From: Candidatus Bathyarchaeia archaeon | Lineage (GTDB): Archaea > Thermoproteota > Bathyarchaeia > Bathyarchaeales > Bathycorpusculaceae | Assembly: GCA_050010515.1 (NCBI GenBank) | Contig: JBEKKX010000007.1 | Coordinates: 1 to 64,000, forward strand | Direction of reading: 5' to 3' | DNA length: 64,000 nt | Shown here: positions 1-10,389 of the stretch, piece after piece | How positions within the stretch are numbered: the first letter of the stretch is position 1 | Layout of the letters: each line of letters opens with the position of its first letter | Notes under the pieces: generated by a model | What the model saw: only the letters and a program-made list of their open reading frames with translations | Databases searched by the model: none | What the model was told of the DNA's origin: nothing | Position numbers and translations under genes: made by a program

Positions 1-109
1 CCATCGATTCACCATTTTTCAACAAAGCTAAAATTCGCCTATCAAAAGAGTCCATAATAGACCTATAATAGCGAAAGAAGGATAAAAACCATTTTAGACC
101 AATTTAGCA

Positions 110-738
110 ACGGGCTGGCGCGATTCTTGCAGAACATGCGACGCATGTAAAGACGGTCTTGAGCAATACTGCGAAAATGGTGCTACGGTAACCTTCAATT
201 CCAAAGACAAATATGGAGATATAACAAAAGGCGGATTTTCAAACAACATCGTTGTAGATCAAGATTTTGTCCTTAGGATACCGCCAAAAATAGACCCTGC
301 AACTGCTGCTCCGCTTTTGTGCGCTGGAATCACAACATATTCGCCATTAAGACACTGGAAGGTTGGAAAAGGACAAAAGGTAGGCATTGTAGGTCTTGGC
401 GGGCTTGGTCACATGGCACTGAAATTCGCACACTTATTCGGTGCCTACACAGTCCAATTCACGACATCTCCTAATAAAGCGCAGGATGCAAAGAAACTGG
501 GTGCTGATGAGGTAATATTATCAACAGATCGGGAGCAGATGAAGAAACACGCAGGAACATTTGATTTTATTTTAGATACAGTAAGTGCGAAACATGATTT
601 CAACGCTTTAGTTGGAATGCTTAAAAGAGATGGCATCTCGTGCTTGTGGGTTTGCCTCCGGATGCACCGAACGTAATTCCGTTCCAACTTATTTTCAAAA
701 GACGATCAATCGCTGGTTCGCTTGTTGGCGCGCGCTAG
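110..738 (+). pseudogene. Zn-dependent NAD(P) alcohol dehydrogenase (AdhC/YahK-like) remnant
   Basis: Reads DSCRTCDAC...PLLCAGITTYSPL...GLGGLG. There is no start (in-frame TAG at 95-97). A frameshift near 640 is followed by VLVGLP...RRSIAGSLVG in another frame, then TAG at 736-738. Confidence 0.8.
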
Positions 739-783
739 GCTTAAATAAGCTTTATTTTATGAAATAATCCCAAATGAAGGTTT

Positions 784-861
784 TGGTGCTCCGGCCGGGA
801 TTTGGACCCGGGTCACCGGCTCGAAAGGCCGGAATACTTGACCGGACTATACTACCGGAGC
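784..861 (-). tRNA. tRNA-Glu(TTC), CCA encoded
   Basis: The reverse complement folds as a cloverleaf GCTCCGG...CCGGC-CTTTCGA-GCCGG...CCGGAGC-A-CCA. The T-loop reads TCCAAAT. Confidence 0.92.
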
Positions 862-947
862 CCTTTGTTTAAAAACATCAAGCTGAATGCTTTTTCACTC
901 GAATAAACCTTACCCTTCAAGAATCGGGCTTTTAGCTAGCTTGCGCT

Positions 948-1478
948 TTATTTTTTTGGCTTTTTTGGCTTAAACAAAAATCCAGTTATTTGCTCAACAA
1001 GCTTGCCCTGGTTCTTGGCCGTTTTCTCGAGTTCCTCTATTCTTTTTTCTAGGTCGTTTGAGATGATTTTGCCTTCGATTCTGTTTGCTGAGCGGAACAT
1101 TAGCAGCATTTTGAAAACTTCTGAAATTGCTTTTTCTTGCTCGTCAACGGATGCGGGTTTTGTTCCAGCAATAATGGATAACTGGTCCACATAGTGTTCT
1201 TTAATTTTTAATTCCGCGTTAACGGAGGGGTCGGTTGGAAACGCAATGCTAAACGGCGTCTTCTTCGCTAGTTCCGCCGCGGTTGGAAAGCGGATTATGA
1301 TGTCTCCTCTAATCCATGAAGAAACAAATTCAGTGACGAATTTTCGGATCTCTTTTTGGCTGAAAAGGGTAGAGGGTTCTGTTTTTGGTTCAGTTTTCCT
1401 TTTGATTCTTACGTTTATGACTTTTTTGTCTGAGTTGTTTTCCATTATATTCCCCTTCACAGCCTTCGAGTTCTTCAC
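948..1478 (-). CDS. hypothetical protein with C-terminal coiled coil
   Basis: 176-aa ORF downstream of the HD gene; no family recognised. Confidence 0.65.
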   Translation of the reverse strand: MKNSKAVKGNIMENNSDKKVINVRIKRKTEPKTEPSTLFSQKEIRKFVTEFVSSWIRGDIIIRFPTAAELAKKTPFSIAFPTDPSVNAELKIKEHYVDQLSIIAGTKPASVDEQEKAISEVFKMLLMFRSANRIEGKIISNDLEKRIEELEKTAKNQGKLVEQITGFLFKPKKPKK

Positions 1479-1514
1479 TTTTCTTCTTAAGCGTGACTAG
1501 TATTTAAGAAAGCG

Positions 1515-2801
1515 TTAAAAAGAGATTTTTGCTGCAGACGGAATTTTCCCCAAGATTTTCGCTGTTGCCCTCTCTACTTTTTCACGTTCAGCTGCATCAG
1601 TGTAAACACGTAGTATATTCATGAAGCCTTTGAGTGTTTCGAAAATCTTTGAAATCTCACTTAGCCGCTGCGGAGTTTTGTCGCCCGCTTGGCTTCTTGT
1701 GAAAACAGGAATCTCCATAGACTCCATAAGTACCGCATGATGGTAAGGTACAGATGGCACCGTGGGCACGTCAATTATCACTGATTCAATACCTACACCT
1801 GCTTCCTTAGCAATTTCACTTTGCATTTGGCGCCTGTATGATTCGCGACCGAAAATATTGGAGATCATTGTGTCCTTCTCGTAGAAAGTCCGTTCATAGG
1901 CGCACTTTAGCATTCTGCGTCTTTCTAGATTGCCAATTATTCCTTTAGATGCTTTACAGTTTTTTAGGGCTGACCAGACGGTGTAGTCATCCAGCGCCAA
2001 ATAGTCTTCAGGCGTCTTAAACGCCGTTAACCCTAACTCGCCGTTTGCTTTTTCCATGGCGGTTGCCAGCATAATCTGCGCTGCTCTGCCAACACGGTGA
2101 AAATAAATGCTTTTAAACGATTCAATCCTAGCAATCATGAACGCTTCCAACGCTGATAATGCGCCTAGTTCGACGGCTAGATTTTCGCCTAAAACATCAA
2201 GCGCATGTATAAGACGGAAAACATCGATGAAACCGTACTCGGCGCCCGTGTGGTAGGTATCTCGGACGATGAAGTCCTGTTTGTCAACGTCCACGGCGCT
2301 GCTTATTATCTGGTCAAGAAACGCTTTGCCAGGTTTATGGAGTTTCCCAACGGCGAGTCCAGCTACCTCTTTAGGCTTGTAACCCATCTTTGATAGTTTA
2401 TCGCCTACTTCGCTCTTCTCGATAATCCATGAAGTGATGTCTTCATGCGTTTTTTCCAAGTATTTTATCAGCAATTGCTCAAAAACATGCGAGAAAGGTC
2501 CATGTCCAGCGTCATGGAGCAACGCTGAAATTCTGCACATGTCCACTTCTTCATCATTTACGACGCGTGAAATGTTAGGGTTTTCCAAAACTTTGCCTGC
2601 CAAGTACATGACGCCGACGCAGTGTTCGAAACGTGTGTGGTTGGCTCCTGGGTAAACGTACTCTGAACCTGCCAGCTGTCGCAGTCGCCTGAGCCGCTGC
2701 ATCGGATACGAATCAATAATGTTTTTTTCTGCTTCGGTAATGTACACGTACCCATGTACGGGATCCTTTATTTCTCCCCAGTAAGCCTTAGGCACAAGCA
2801 A
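1515..2801 (-). CDS. HD-superfamily phosphohydrolase (dNTPase/SAMHD1-like, COG1078)
   Basis: Motifs DPVHG, QRLRRLRQL, HTRFEHCVG, LHDAGHGPFSH, DVDKQD; divergent from tmk. Confidence 0.92.
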   Translation of the reverse strand: MLVPKAYWGEIKDPVHGYVYITEAEKNIIDSYPMQRLRRLRQLAGSEYVYPGANHTRFEHCVGVMYLAGKVLENPNISRVVNDEEVDMCRISALLHDAGHGPFSHVFEQLLIKYLEKTHEDITSWIIEKSEVGDKLSKMGYKPKEVAGLAVGKLHKPGKAFLDQIISSAVDVDKQDFIVRDTYHTGAEYGFIDVFRLIHALDVLGENLAVELGALSALEAFMIARIESFKSIYFHRVGRAAQIMLATAMEKANGELGLTAFKTPEDYLALDDYTVWSALKNCKASKGIIGNLERRRMLKCAYERTFYEKDTMISNIFGRESYRRQMQSEIAKEAGVGIESVIIDVPTVPSVPYHHAVLMESMEIPVFTRSQAGDKTPQRLSEISKIFETLKGFMNILRVYTDAAEREKVERATAKILGKIPSAAKISF

Positions 2802-2873
2802 GCCTCACAGTTTGTAAGTTATATTTATCTATCTCCCTATAATGTCTAACGCTAACCAGCCGAGTTGAAAAAC

Positions 2874-3473
2874 ATGGGCAAGAACGGCGTTTTCATCTGC
2901 ATCGAAGGCTTAGACGGAAGCGGAAAAACCACACAGGCAGAACTACTTACCGAAAGGCTGTCCAAAAGCTACAATGCAGTTTACACTTCAGAGCCCAGCC
3001 ATGGCAAAACGGGCACTTTCATCCGAGAATGCTGCCTTTACGAAGAAAAACGGTTGCCAACAGCCGCTGAAGCATTACTATTTGCCGCAGACCGCATAGA
3101 GCACGTAGAAAACGAGATAAAACCAGCTTTAGCCGAAGGGAAACTGGTAATCTGCGACCGCTACATTTACTCTTCTTTAGCCTACCAAGGCAGCGCAGGA
3201 TTAAGCTTAGCTTGGATCAAGAAAATTAACTCTTACGCCTTGCAACCTGATTTCGCAGTTTTTATCGATGTGCCTCCTGAACGTGTGCTGGAACGTTTGC
3301 AACGAAAGAAGTCTGTGATGGAAACCCTAGAAATACAGCAGAAAGTTCGAGGAGTCTACCTTAAGTTCGTTAAGAAAGGTGAGCTCATCCTCATCGACGG
3401 CGATAAGCCTGAGGATGAAGTAGCTGATGCTTTGTACTCAAAAGTTTTGAGCTTACTTCAAGCTTCAAAGTAG
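2874..3473 (+). CDS. tmk: thymidylate kinase
   Basis: IEGLDGSGKTT P-loop and DRYIYSSLAYQG. Confidence 0.95.
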   Translation: MGKNGVFICIEGLDGSGKTTQAELLTERLSKSYNAVYTSEPSHGKTGTFIRECCLYEEKRLPTAAEALLFAADRIEHVENEIKPALAEGKLVICDRYIYSSLAYQGSAGLSLAWIKKINSYALQPDFAVFIDVPPERVLERLQRKKSVMETLEIQQKVRGVYLKFVKKGELILIDGDKPEDEVADALYSKVLSLLQASK

Positions 3474-3506
3474 CGCTTGAAAAAATGAAAGTAAAATTTT
3501 TGGGCT

Positions 3507-4607
3507 TTAGTCTTCTCTCCATTTGAACAGTCTGATGGCTGCAACGAAGATGATGATGGTTATGACCGCGACGACTGCGAGGTCGATTGCCGCTCCCATG
3601 TAGTTTGCGTAGACCATTACGTTGTTTAATCCTTCAATGACGTAGAACAGTGGCAGCACGTGAGCGATGGTCTGTAAGTATTGTGGCATGATGCTGATTG
3701 GGAAGAACGTGCCTGAGAGGAACATCATTGGAAAAGTCACTATGTTGCCTATTACACCTGCCGTCTCCGGGTTCTTTGTCACTGTTCCGACAAGCATGCC
3801 GAGTGAAGCAAAAAGCGTTGGGCCGATAAGCAGGAAGGGTATGAGCCAAGGGGTCAATGCGATGTTTGCGCCGTACAGCAAGATTCCAACGGCTACCATC
3901 AACACGAAGCTTATTGTGGTCAAAACAATGTACCAAAGTATCTTTGACGCTAGCCACTCCATTTTTGTCAGCGGCGTCAGCGAAAGCTGCTTGAACAGTT
4001 TGGTCTTCTTGTAGTCTGAGGAAATATTAACCAAGCTGAACATTGGGCTTATAAGTATGGCGAAACCTATCAAGCCTGGAACAAGAAAATCAATGTATTT
4101 TGTCTGATGAATGTTAACCGTAGTCGGGGTTATGCCGAGGATGGGTACCGCGTTCTGCTTGTAATAGTTAAGGTTGAAGTAGTTTATGACTCCGTTCACC
4201 GTTCCGCTTACGATGCCGCTTGTGCTTGACGTCGGGTTCCCGTAAACTGTCACGTTCACTGGGTGACCCGCCAAGTAGTCAGCGGAGAAGTTTTTAGGTA
4301 TTACGATGCCGTCAGATGTTGAATGAGCAGCAAGGTACTTCGAGAAGTCCTGCGTAGGACTCACCGTTATTACCCTGATTGTGCTTGAACTGTTAAGCGC
4401 AGCTAAAAACTGAGTTGAAACAGGTCCATTGTCTTGGTTTTGGGTATAAACATTAATTACTCCTGAACTGTTGCTTGAAAAAATAGCGCCGAAAATCAAG
4501 ATTAATATGACTGGAAATATCAGTCCGAAGAAAAGGCCAAATCTGTTTCTCAGGTACCCGCGGCTAAAGACCTTGAAATCTGCTAGAATTCTTTTTCCAC
4601 TAGACAT
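3507..4607 (-). CDS. ABC-2 type transporter permease
   Basis: Multiple TM helices, YIDFLVPG and FLSGTFFP; overlaps the ATPase gene. Confidence 0.9.
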   Translation of the reverse strand: MSSGKRILADFKVFSRGYLRNRFGLFFGLIFPVILILIFGAIFSSNSSGVINVYTQNQDNGPVSTQFLAALNSSSTIRVITVSPTQDFSKYLAAHSTSDGIVIPKNFSADYLAGHPVNVTVYGNPTSSTSGIVSGTVNGVINYFNLNYYKQNAVPILGITPTTVNIHQTKYIDFLVPGLIGFAILISPMFSLVNISSDYKKTKLFKQLSLTPLTKMEWLASKILWYIVLTTISFVLMVAVGILLYGANIALTPWLIPFLLIGPTLFASLGMLVGTVTKNPETAGVIGNIVTFPMMFLSGTFFPISIMPQYLQTIAHVLPLFYVIEGLNNVMVYANYMGAAIDLAVVAVITIIIFVAAIRLFKWRED

Positions 4608-5562
4608 CTTTCAGTCCCTCCCCGTGTTCATGCTCATCTAATATTTCGCCATGTTCACTTAACTTTCTGCTGACAAGCTTAACGAAAACGTCGTCTAAGC
4701 TGTCACGGCGCGTCTGGATTTCTCCCCAGTCCATTTTTGACTGTTCAGCGGCAGCCAAAGCCGCGAGCGCATCAATTTTCTGTTTAATCGGTACGCTGAT
4801 TATTCCTCTGGAGTTGTCGTAATCGACGTGTAATTCTGTATTTGCTTTAATGTACCTAGCCAATTGTTCGGACCCGCGGATTTCAAGTCTTTCTCCCGAG
4901 CCGTGATGCTCAATGATTTCGTCGCTTGTTCCCATAGCCACAATTTTCCCATGATCCATGATGGCTACTCTGTCGGATAACTGCTGTGCCTCATCTAAGT
5001 AGTGGGTTGTTAAAATGATTGTTTTACCCTTAGCTTTCAATCCGCGGATGACATCCCAGATTGCTCTTCTAGCGTTCGGGTCCAGTCCAGTGGTGGGCTC
5101 GTCAAGAAATAGCAGTTCAGGCGTTCCCACAAGCGAAAGAGCAAGTCCCATCTTCTGTTTTTGCCCGCCAGAAAGGCTGTCAAAATTGGTTTTAGCTGAA
5201 TCCTCAAGCAAAACTTCTTTCAGAATTTCATCGGGGTTGACTTTAATGTCAAACAGATCCGCGTAGTAAATTATTGCTTCTCTAGGGGTTACTTTCTCAA
5301 TAAAATTAAACTCTTGAGGTATGACGCCGATTTTCTTGTGAAGTTCATAACCGTTTTTCCATGGGTCAAGACCAAGAACTTTCACGTCGCCTCCGTCCTT
5401 TTCTCTCAAGCCTTCTAAAATTTCTATGGTGGTGGTTTTGCCTGCGCCGTTTGGACCCAGAAGCCCGAAAACTTCACCTTTGTTAACTGTGAATGAGATG
5501 TCATCTACAGCTTTCAAGTCTCCATAGCATTTCTTGAGAGCAGAAACTTCAATTGGAATCAA
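4600..5562 (-). CDS. ABC transporter ATP-binding protein
   Basis: GPNGAGKTT, LSGGQ, LFLDEPTTGLD. Confidence 0.95.
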   Translation of the reverse strand: MIPIEVSALKKCYGDLKAVDDISFTVNKGEVFGLLGPNGAGKTTTIEILEGLREKDGGDVKVLGLDPWKNGYELHKKIGVIPQEFNFIEKVTPREAIIYYADLFDIKVNPDEILKEVLLEDSAKTNFDSLSGGQKQKMGLALSLVGTPELLFLDEPTTGLDPNARRAIWDVIRGLKAKGKTIILTTHYLDEAQQLSDRVAIMDHGKIVAMGTSDEIIEHHGSGERLEIRGSEQLARYIKANTELHVDYDNSRGIISVPIKQKIDALAALAAAEQSKMDWGEIQTRRDSLDDVFVKLVSRKLSEHGEILDEHEHGEGLKDV

Positions 5563-5695
5563 CTAAATTTTGCTCCTGTTTTCTTGGTTCTTTTGTGAGT
5601 CTGCCTTTTTCTGTTGGTTCGCTTTTACGGAATTACTGTTGTTAGAAATATGGCTTTCGGATATAGAGTTAATTTCTCCCTCATTAGTCTTTACA

Positions 5696-6199
5696 TTATG
5701 AAAGGGTTTTTTTCAAAATTTTCCTGTTTGAGGCTTCATTTGTTTTGTTAAAGATGAACAGTGTTAAATCTTCTGGCGATATGTATCTTGGCCCTTTTTT
5801 GTGGAAAACTTGAATTTCCAAAATGTCTCTGTTGTATACAGTTCGGAGAAGGTAATAATCAAATTTTAGCGCGCTCTTTTTTTCTCCCTTGTAGTAACGT
5901 ATGGCGCAGAAGAAATCCATTGTACGCAAATTCTCTTTTCCCAGCAGGTTTCGTACTTTTTTTACCTCTTCCTCATCAACGTAGTTGAAGCCTTCAGCGT
6001 CCGCCAAACCGAACTCGAAAATTAATTTACATTCAGGTATAGTTGGGTTAGCGGCTTCTTCAAAACTGAATTCCTTTCTGTTTATTTCATAAAGAACTTG
6101 GATTAGCCTTTGTTGAAGTTGTTTGCTTGAGAGAGTTGAATTAAAGCTCTCAACCATGTGAATGTTTAAGGGGAAATTTTCATAAAAACCCAGTGTCAA
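5696..6199 (-). CDS. hypothetical protein
   Basis: 167-aa ORF co-oriented with its neighbours. Confidence 0.7.
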   Translation of the reverse strand: MTLGFYENFPLNIHMVESFNSTLSSKQLQQRLIQVLYEINRKEFSFEEAANPTIPECKLIFEFGLADAEGFNYVDEEEVKKVRNLLGKENLRTMDFFCAIRYYKGEKKSALKFDYYLLRTVYNRDILEIQVFHKKGPRYISPEDLTLFIFNKTNEASNRKILKKTLS

Positions 6200-6211
6200 G
6201 ATAAGTCCCGC

Positions 6212-6574
6212 TCAGGCTTTCTTCATATTCTTAATCTTTTCCAGACTGTTTAGTAATTCAGATAGTGCAACGCTGAGTTTTTGCAGTTCTTCTAAGTCTT
6301 CGGTTTTTTCGATTTTGCCTTGTAATTCTTGCATCTTCGCTAAGAGTGTTGCTTCGAGTTTATCGTAGGCTGTGCTGGCTGCGGCTTGCTTTGGCGGTTC
6401 TTCGCCTTCTTTAACTATTACTACTTTTTTTTCATCATTTGCGCACCATAACGTGCCATCTTTTAGTCTGAAGAGTGGGGAAGCGCAGACCGGGCATGAC
6501 AGGTCGGTTAAAGTGTCGCCTTGCCTTAGCAAGTCAGCCATGCGTTTAATAGGTGTGTTTTCTTTTTCTTGCAA
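6212..6574 (-). CDS. UPF0148 / Sjogren autoantigen p27-family Zn-ribbon protein
   Basis: MADLLRQG-x-TL, CPVCASPLF and a coiled-coil tail. Confidence 0.85.
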   Translation of the reverse strand: MQEKENTPIKRMADLLRQGDTLTDLSCPVCASPLFRLKDGTLWCANDEKKVVIVKEGEEPPKQAAASTAYDKLEATLLAKMQELQGKIEKTEDLEELQKLSVALSELLNSLEKIKNMKKA

Positions 6575-6652
6575 TTAGAACCCCAAAGTAAATACGTATC
6601 AATTGCTTATATAAGCAGTTACTGCGTGACGTGCAGTAGGCAGTGCCGATTT

Positions 6653-6931
6653 ATGGTTCGAAAGAAAAAAGCTGAAGAATACGAAGCTAAGATTAAGCAA
6701 GCGTTAGTAGTGCTTGGAGAGGTCTCTGAGGACAGCACAACGCCAAGAAACATCAGGCGTTCCGCAAAAGACGCTATGAATTCCCTGCAAAGCTCTGAAT
6801 ATACGCCTGCAGTGAGAGCTTCAAACGCAGTGTCGCTTCTGGATGAAATTTTGCAAGACCCAAACATGCCGCCCTACACGCGGGTAAAACTTTGGAACGT
6901 TATGAGTTTTATTGAAGCAATAAAAGACTAG
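6653..6931 (+). CDS. UPF0147 family protein
   Basis: DSTTPRNIRR and DPNMPPYTR; probable ATG at 6653. Confidence 0.88.
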   Translation: MVRKKKAEEYEAKIKQALVVLGEVSEDSTTPRNIRRSAKDAMNSLQSSEYTPAVRASNAVSLLDEILQDPNMPPYTRVKLWNVMSFIEAIKD

Positions 6932-6983
6932 TCAGTCTTCAAACTTTTTGTTTTCAATTATTTTCTTAAGAAGTTAGCATCGC

Positions 6984-7484
6984 TCACGCTTGCTTCTTAG
7001 TACCAGTTAGTTGTTTTGCCAGTTTCTTTGCTTCCTTATATGAGTAAGCGCAATGTATGCAGCAGAACGCTGTCTCTCTGCCATCGATGACTTCTCGGTA
7101 GCCGCCTTCATAGACTTTGCATCCACAGTGGGCGCAAACGTAAAGGCTTGGTTCAATAGCGATTGCTACTAGCTCGGCAAAGCGCTTGAAAAGATCAGTG
7201 CATAATTCTCTGCCTGCCTGTGTTAGTTCGAAGATTTTTCTTTCTTTCTCGCCTACCGGTTTTATTGTGTGTTTAACTAAGCCTTTTTCTTCTAGTTGCT
7301 GCAGGAACGGGTAAACTAGGCTTGGGCTCACTTCTTTTTTGACTCTTTTTCTGAATCTGCTGATTATGCTGTAGCCGTGTGAGGGTCCCTCGTACAGTAT
7401 GGTGAGTATGTAGAAGCGTGAGAAGTCGGAGATTAATTCATCTATGTTTTCGGATTGTGTCTTACTGGACATGTTTTTCTTCAT
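6984..7484 (-). CDS. PadR-family regulator with C-terminal TRASH/YHS-like metal-binding domain
   Basis: HGYSII...VYPFLQQLEEKG...FELTQAG, followed by CAHC...FCCIHC. Confidence 0.85.
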   Translation of the reverse strand: MKKNMSSKTQSENIDELISDFSRFYILTILYEGPSHGYSIISRFRKRVKKEVSPSLVYPFLQQLEEKGLVKHTIKPVGEKERKIFELTQAGRELCTDLFKRFAELVAIAIEPSLYVCAHCGCKVYEGGYREVIDGRETAFCCIHCAYSYKEAKKLAKQLTGTKKQA

Positions 7485-7645
7485 GCACTATTGGAGTTTT
7501 TGTTATTATAAATGTTCTTTAATATAATTTGAAAATACCTGTGCAATTCCCAAAAAACCATCGGCAATCTGCTTCCATAATTAATGCACTAACAAATATA
7601 TGGCACCTGTTACATGTAGTTCTGGGTTCCACGGGGGCAGTGCCT

Positions 7646-9028
7646 ATGAAATATGACGTAATAATCGTGGGTGCAGGACCAGCAGGCATCTTCTCAGCGC
7701 TAGAACTAACAGAGAAAACAAACTTAAACGTCCTGATACTCGACAGAGGACCCGACATAGACAAACGCAAATGCCCATCCAGCCGAGGGCTCGAATGTGT
7801 CCATTGTGAACCATGCTCAGTTCTTTCAGGCTGGGGTGGAGCAGGCGCTTACAGTGACGGAAAACTAACTTTGTCAACAGAGGTTGGCGGTTGGCTAAAC
7901 CAGTACGTTTCAACCAAAGAGCTCCAGGCGCTGGTGAAATACGTAGATAGCATCTACCTAAAATTCGGGGCAAGCGAGCAAGTTTACGGTGGAGATAGCG
8001 AAAAAGTAGATGAAATCGAACGTCAAGCGTCGCTTGCGGGTTTGAAGCTTATCAGGCAAGAAGTTCGCCACATGGGCACAGAAAAATGCCTAGAAACGCT
8101 ACATCGAATGCGTAAAGAACTTAACGGCAAAATCACTTTCCGACCAAAAACAGATGTGAAAGGCTTAATCGCTGAAAACCACCTCATCCAAGGAGTGGAA
8201 ACAGTAGACGGCGAAAAAATCATAGGCAAATACGTCATAATTGCTCCTGGCAGAAGCGGAGCAGAATGGCTCCAAACAGAGGCTCAGGTCCGAGGATTAA
8301 AAACCATAAACAACCCAGTTGACATCGGCGTACGCGTTGAAGTTTTAGCTTCAGTCATGGAAAACCTGACCAAAGAGCTTTACGAGCCAAAACTAGTTTA
8401 TTACTCACGACTTTTCGACGATCAAGTCCGCACTTTCTGTGTGTCACCTTACGGCGAAGTCACTACGGAATCATACGATGGCGTCTTAACCGTTAACGGC
8501 GGAAGCTACGCTGAAAGAAAAACCGACAACACAAACTTCGCCATTCTAGTCAGCACCTCCTTCACAGAACCTTTCAAAGAACCTATTGCTTACGGCAAAT
8601 ATGTTGCCAGACTTTCAAACCTCTTAAGCGGAGGAGTAATGGTTCAGCGGTTAGGCGATTTGGTTACTGGACGCCGCTCAACTCCCGAACGCCTTTCCAG
8701 AAGCTTGGTTGTACCAACTTTGAAGAACGCCACGCCAGGCGATTTAAGCTTCGTTTTGCCCTACCGTTATTTAGCAGACATACGTGAGATGCTTCAAGCC
8801 TTAGACGTGATAGCGCCAGGAATCCACTCAAGAGATACCTTGCTCTACGGCATAGAAGTCAAGTTTTACTCTTCACACTTGCAACTAAGCAATGCGTTGG
8901 AAACAAAAATCCAAAACATGTTCACCATCGGCGACGGTGCAGGTGTGACACGCGGTTTAATTCAGTCTTCAGCTTCAGGCGTCATAGTCGCTAGAGAAAT
9001 TCTGAAACGTGAACATTTGGGGGCTTAA
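7646..9028 (+). CDS. FAD-dependent oxidoreductase (COG2509-like)
   Basis: YDVIIVGAGPAG, GWGGAGAYSDGKL, GDGAGVTRGL; probable ATG at 7646. Confidence 0.9.
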   Translation: MKYDVIIVGAGPAGIFSALELTEKTNLNVLILDRGPDIDKRKCPSSRGLECVHCEPCSVLSGWGGAGAYSDGKLTLSTEVGGWLNQYVSTKELQALVKYVDSIYLKFGASEQVYGGDSEKVDEIERQASLAGLKLIRQEVRHMGTEKCLETLHRMRKELNGKITFRPKTDVKGLIAENHLIQGVETVDGEKIIGKYVIIAPGRSGAEWLQTEAQVRGLKTINNPVDIGVRVEVLASVMENLTKELYEPKLVYYSRLFDDQVRTFCVSPYGEVTTESYDGVLTVNGGSYAERKTDNTNFAILVSTSFTEPFKEPIAYGKYVARLSNLLSGGVMVQRLGDLVTGRRSTPERLSRSLVVPTLKNATPGDLSFVLPYRYLADIREMLQALDVIAPGIHSRDTLLYGIEVKFYSSHLQLSNALETKIQNMFTIGDGAGVTRGLIQSSASGVIVAREILKREHLGA

Positions 9029-9030
9029 AC

Positions 9031-9777
9031 TTGACTAATGTAGCTCAAGAAATCAAGTGCAGTCACTGCGGCGCTCCAGTTGAGTTTAAACCAGGAGAAA
9101 TAATTGCTACCTGCAAATACTGCGGCTTCAACACTGTCATCGAGACGGGGCAAGCATTCACGTTTGAGCATTCGCTTATTCTCAACAGGTTTGACCTAAA
9201 AAGTATAGACGAGCCGATTCAGGATTGGATGCGCGGCGGCTTCTTGAAACCAGGTGACCTCGCTAGGAAATCAAAGATTGCTGAGCGAGACTTGGTTTAT
9301 TTGCCATTTTGGGTGGTTTCAGTGGAGGCTAAAAGCACTTACAAGGGCATATTCGAACGCATAGCTCCAGCAATCGTTAAAGAGGGCACAATCTCCAAGG
9401 AATATGAGTGGCTGGTTTTGGCACGTGAAGCTTCCGGTTTCCCGACACGTGAATACTTGGTTCCTTTGGAAGGGAAAATCCCCTTCGACTTCCGCAAAAT
9501 CGAAGGCTTTGCCAAGCTATTAAACAGTGAAATGGACCGTGATGCTGCTTTAGAAATTGCCAAGCAACAAATCGAGGATCACCATCGCTTTCTTCTCGAG
9601 CAAGACGTGGATAAAATAGTCGAGATAAAAACCGAAGTCACCGCCAAACAAGAGGTCTATTTGCATGCGCCCATCTGGTTCATCAAATATGAATACAAAG
9701 GCAAAGTTTACCAGTTGATAATCGAAGGAACCGGTGGAACAGCCCTGAAGGGTGATATTCCCTCTTCAAGATTCTAA
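9031..9777 (+). CDS. Zn-ribbon protein (YdjG-like)
   Basis: CSHCGA...CKYCG, YLPFW and PIWFIKYEYKG motifs. Confidence 0.75.
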   Translation: MTNVAQEIKCSHCGAPVEFKPGEIIATCKYCGFNTVIETGQAFTFEHSLILNRFDLKSIDEPIQDWMRGGFLKPGDLARKSKIAERDLVYLPFWVVSVEAKSTYKGIFERIAPAIVKEGTISKEYEWLVLAREASGFPTREYLVPLEGKIPFDFRKIEGFAKLLNSEMDRDAALEIAKQQIEDHHRFLLEQDVDKIVEIKTEVTAKQEVYLHAPIWFIKYEYKGKVYQLIIEGTGGTALKGDIPSSRF

Positions 9778-9851
9778 GCTTGATATGTTCTAACAAACTT
9801 TAAAAGCGACCTTTTATAATCAACGAATAATAAAAAAGGCGGATATGTAAA

Positions 9852-10388
9852 ATGAGCGATACAAACGATGAATTATCAAACGTTCAAGGTCAAATGTCCC
9901 TCCCTGAGAAGATAGCCGCGTTTGTTCCAGGTTTCCGCGGTTACAAAGAGAAGGAACTGCGCCGCGAAAGCGATAGGCTGATCAGGAATCACCTGTACCT
10001 GAAACTGTCTATTGAAAAGACAGATTTGAGGGAAATTGAGCAGAAGTTGGCTGACCGCCGCTACTTCGATGTCCTGACAGACATGGATCGCCTATTAGCT
10101 AAGATGGATCGTGTTGTTGAGAAAATTAATCATGCCTCTTACGGGTACAGCGGGTTCTTTGACGCTGTCAAAGTCAGAGAAGAAAATCTTGACCATATGA
10201 TAGATTTCGATAATAAGCTTCTAGACGGAATAAACGCATTGACAACTGAAATCGACGCTTTCAAAGCAGATTTAGCCAGCGGCGTAACCACGAACCTGAA
10301 AACCAGGGTTCAGAATGTAACTGACAAACTTGAAAGTTTAGAAAACACGTTTGATCAACGTAATGAAGTAATCTTAGGAGCGAGTTAA
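9852..10388 (+). CDS. conserved helical hypothetical protein
   Basis: PGFRGYKEKELRRESD and ASYGYSGFFD; ends 1 nt before the SPFH gene. Confidence 0.75.
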   Translation: MSDTNDELSNVQGQMSLPEKIAAFVPGFRGYKEKELRRESDRLIRNHLYLKLSIEKTDLREIEQKLADRRYFDVLTDMDRLLAKMDRVVEKINHASYGYSGFFDAVKVREENLDHMIDFDNKLLDGINALTTEIDAFKADLASGVTTNLKTRVQNVTDKLESLENTFDQRNEVILGAS

Positions 10389-10389
10389 A

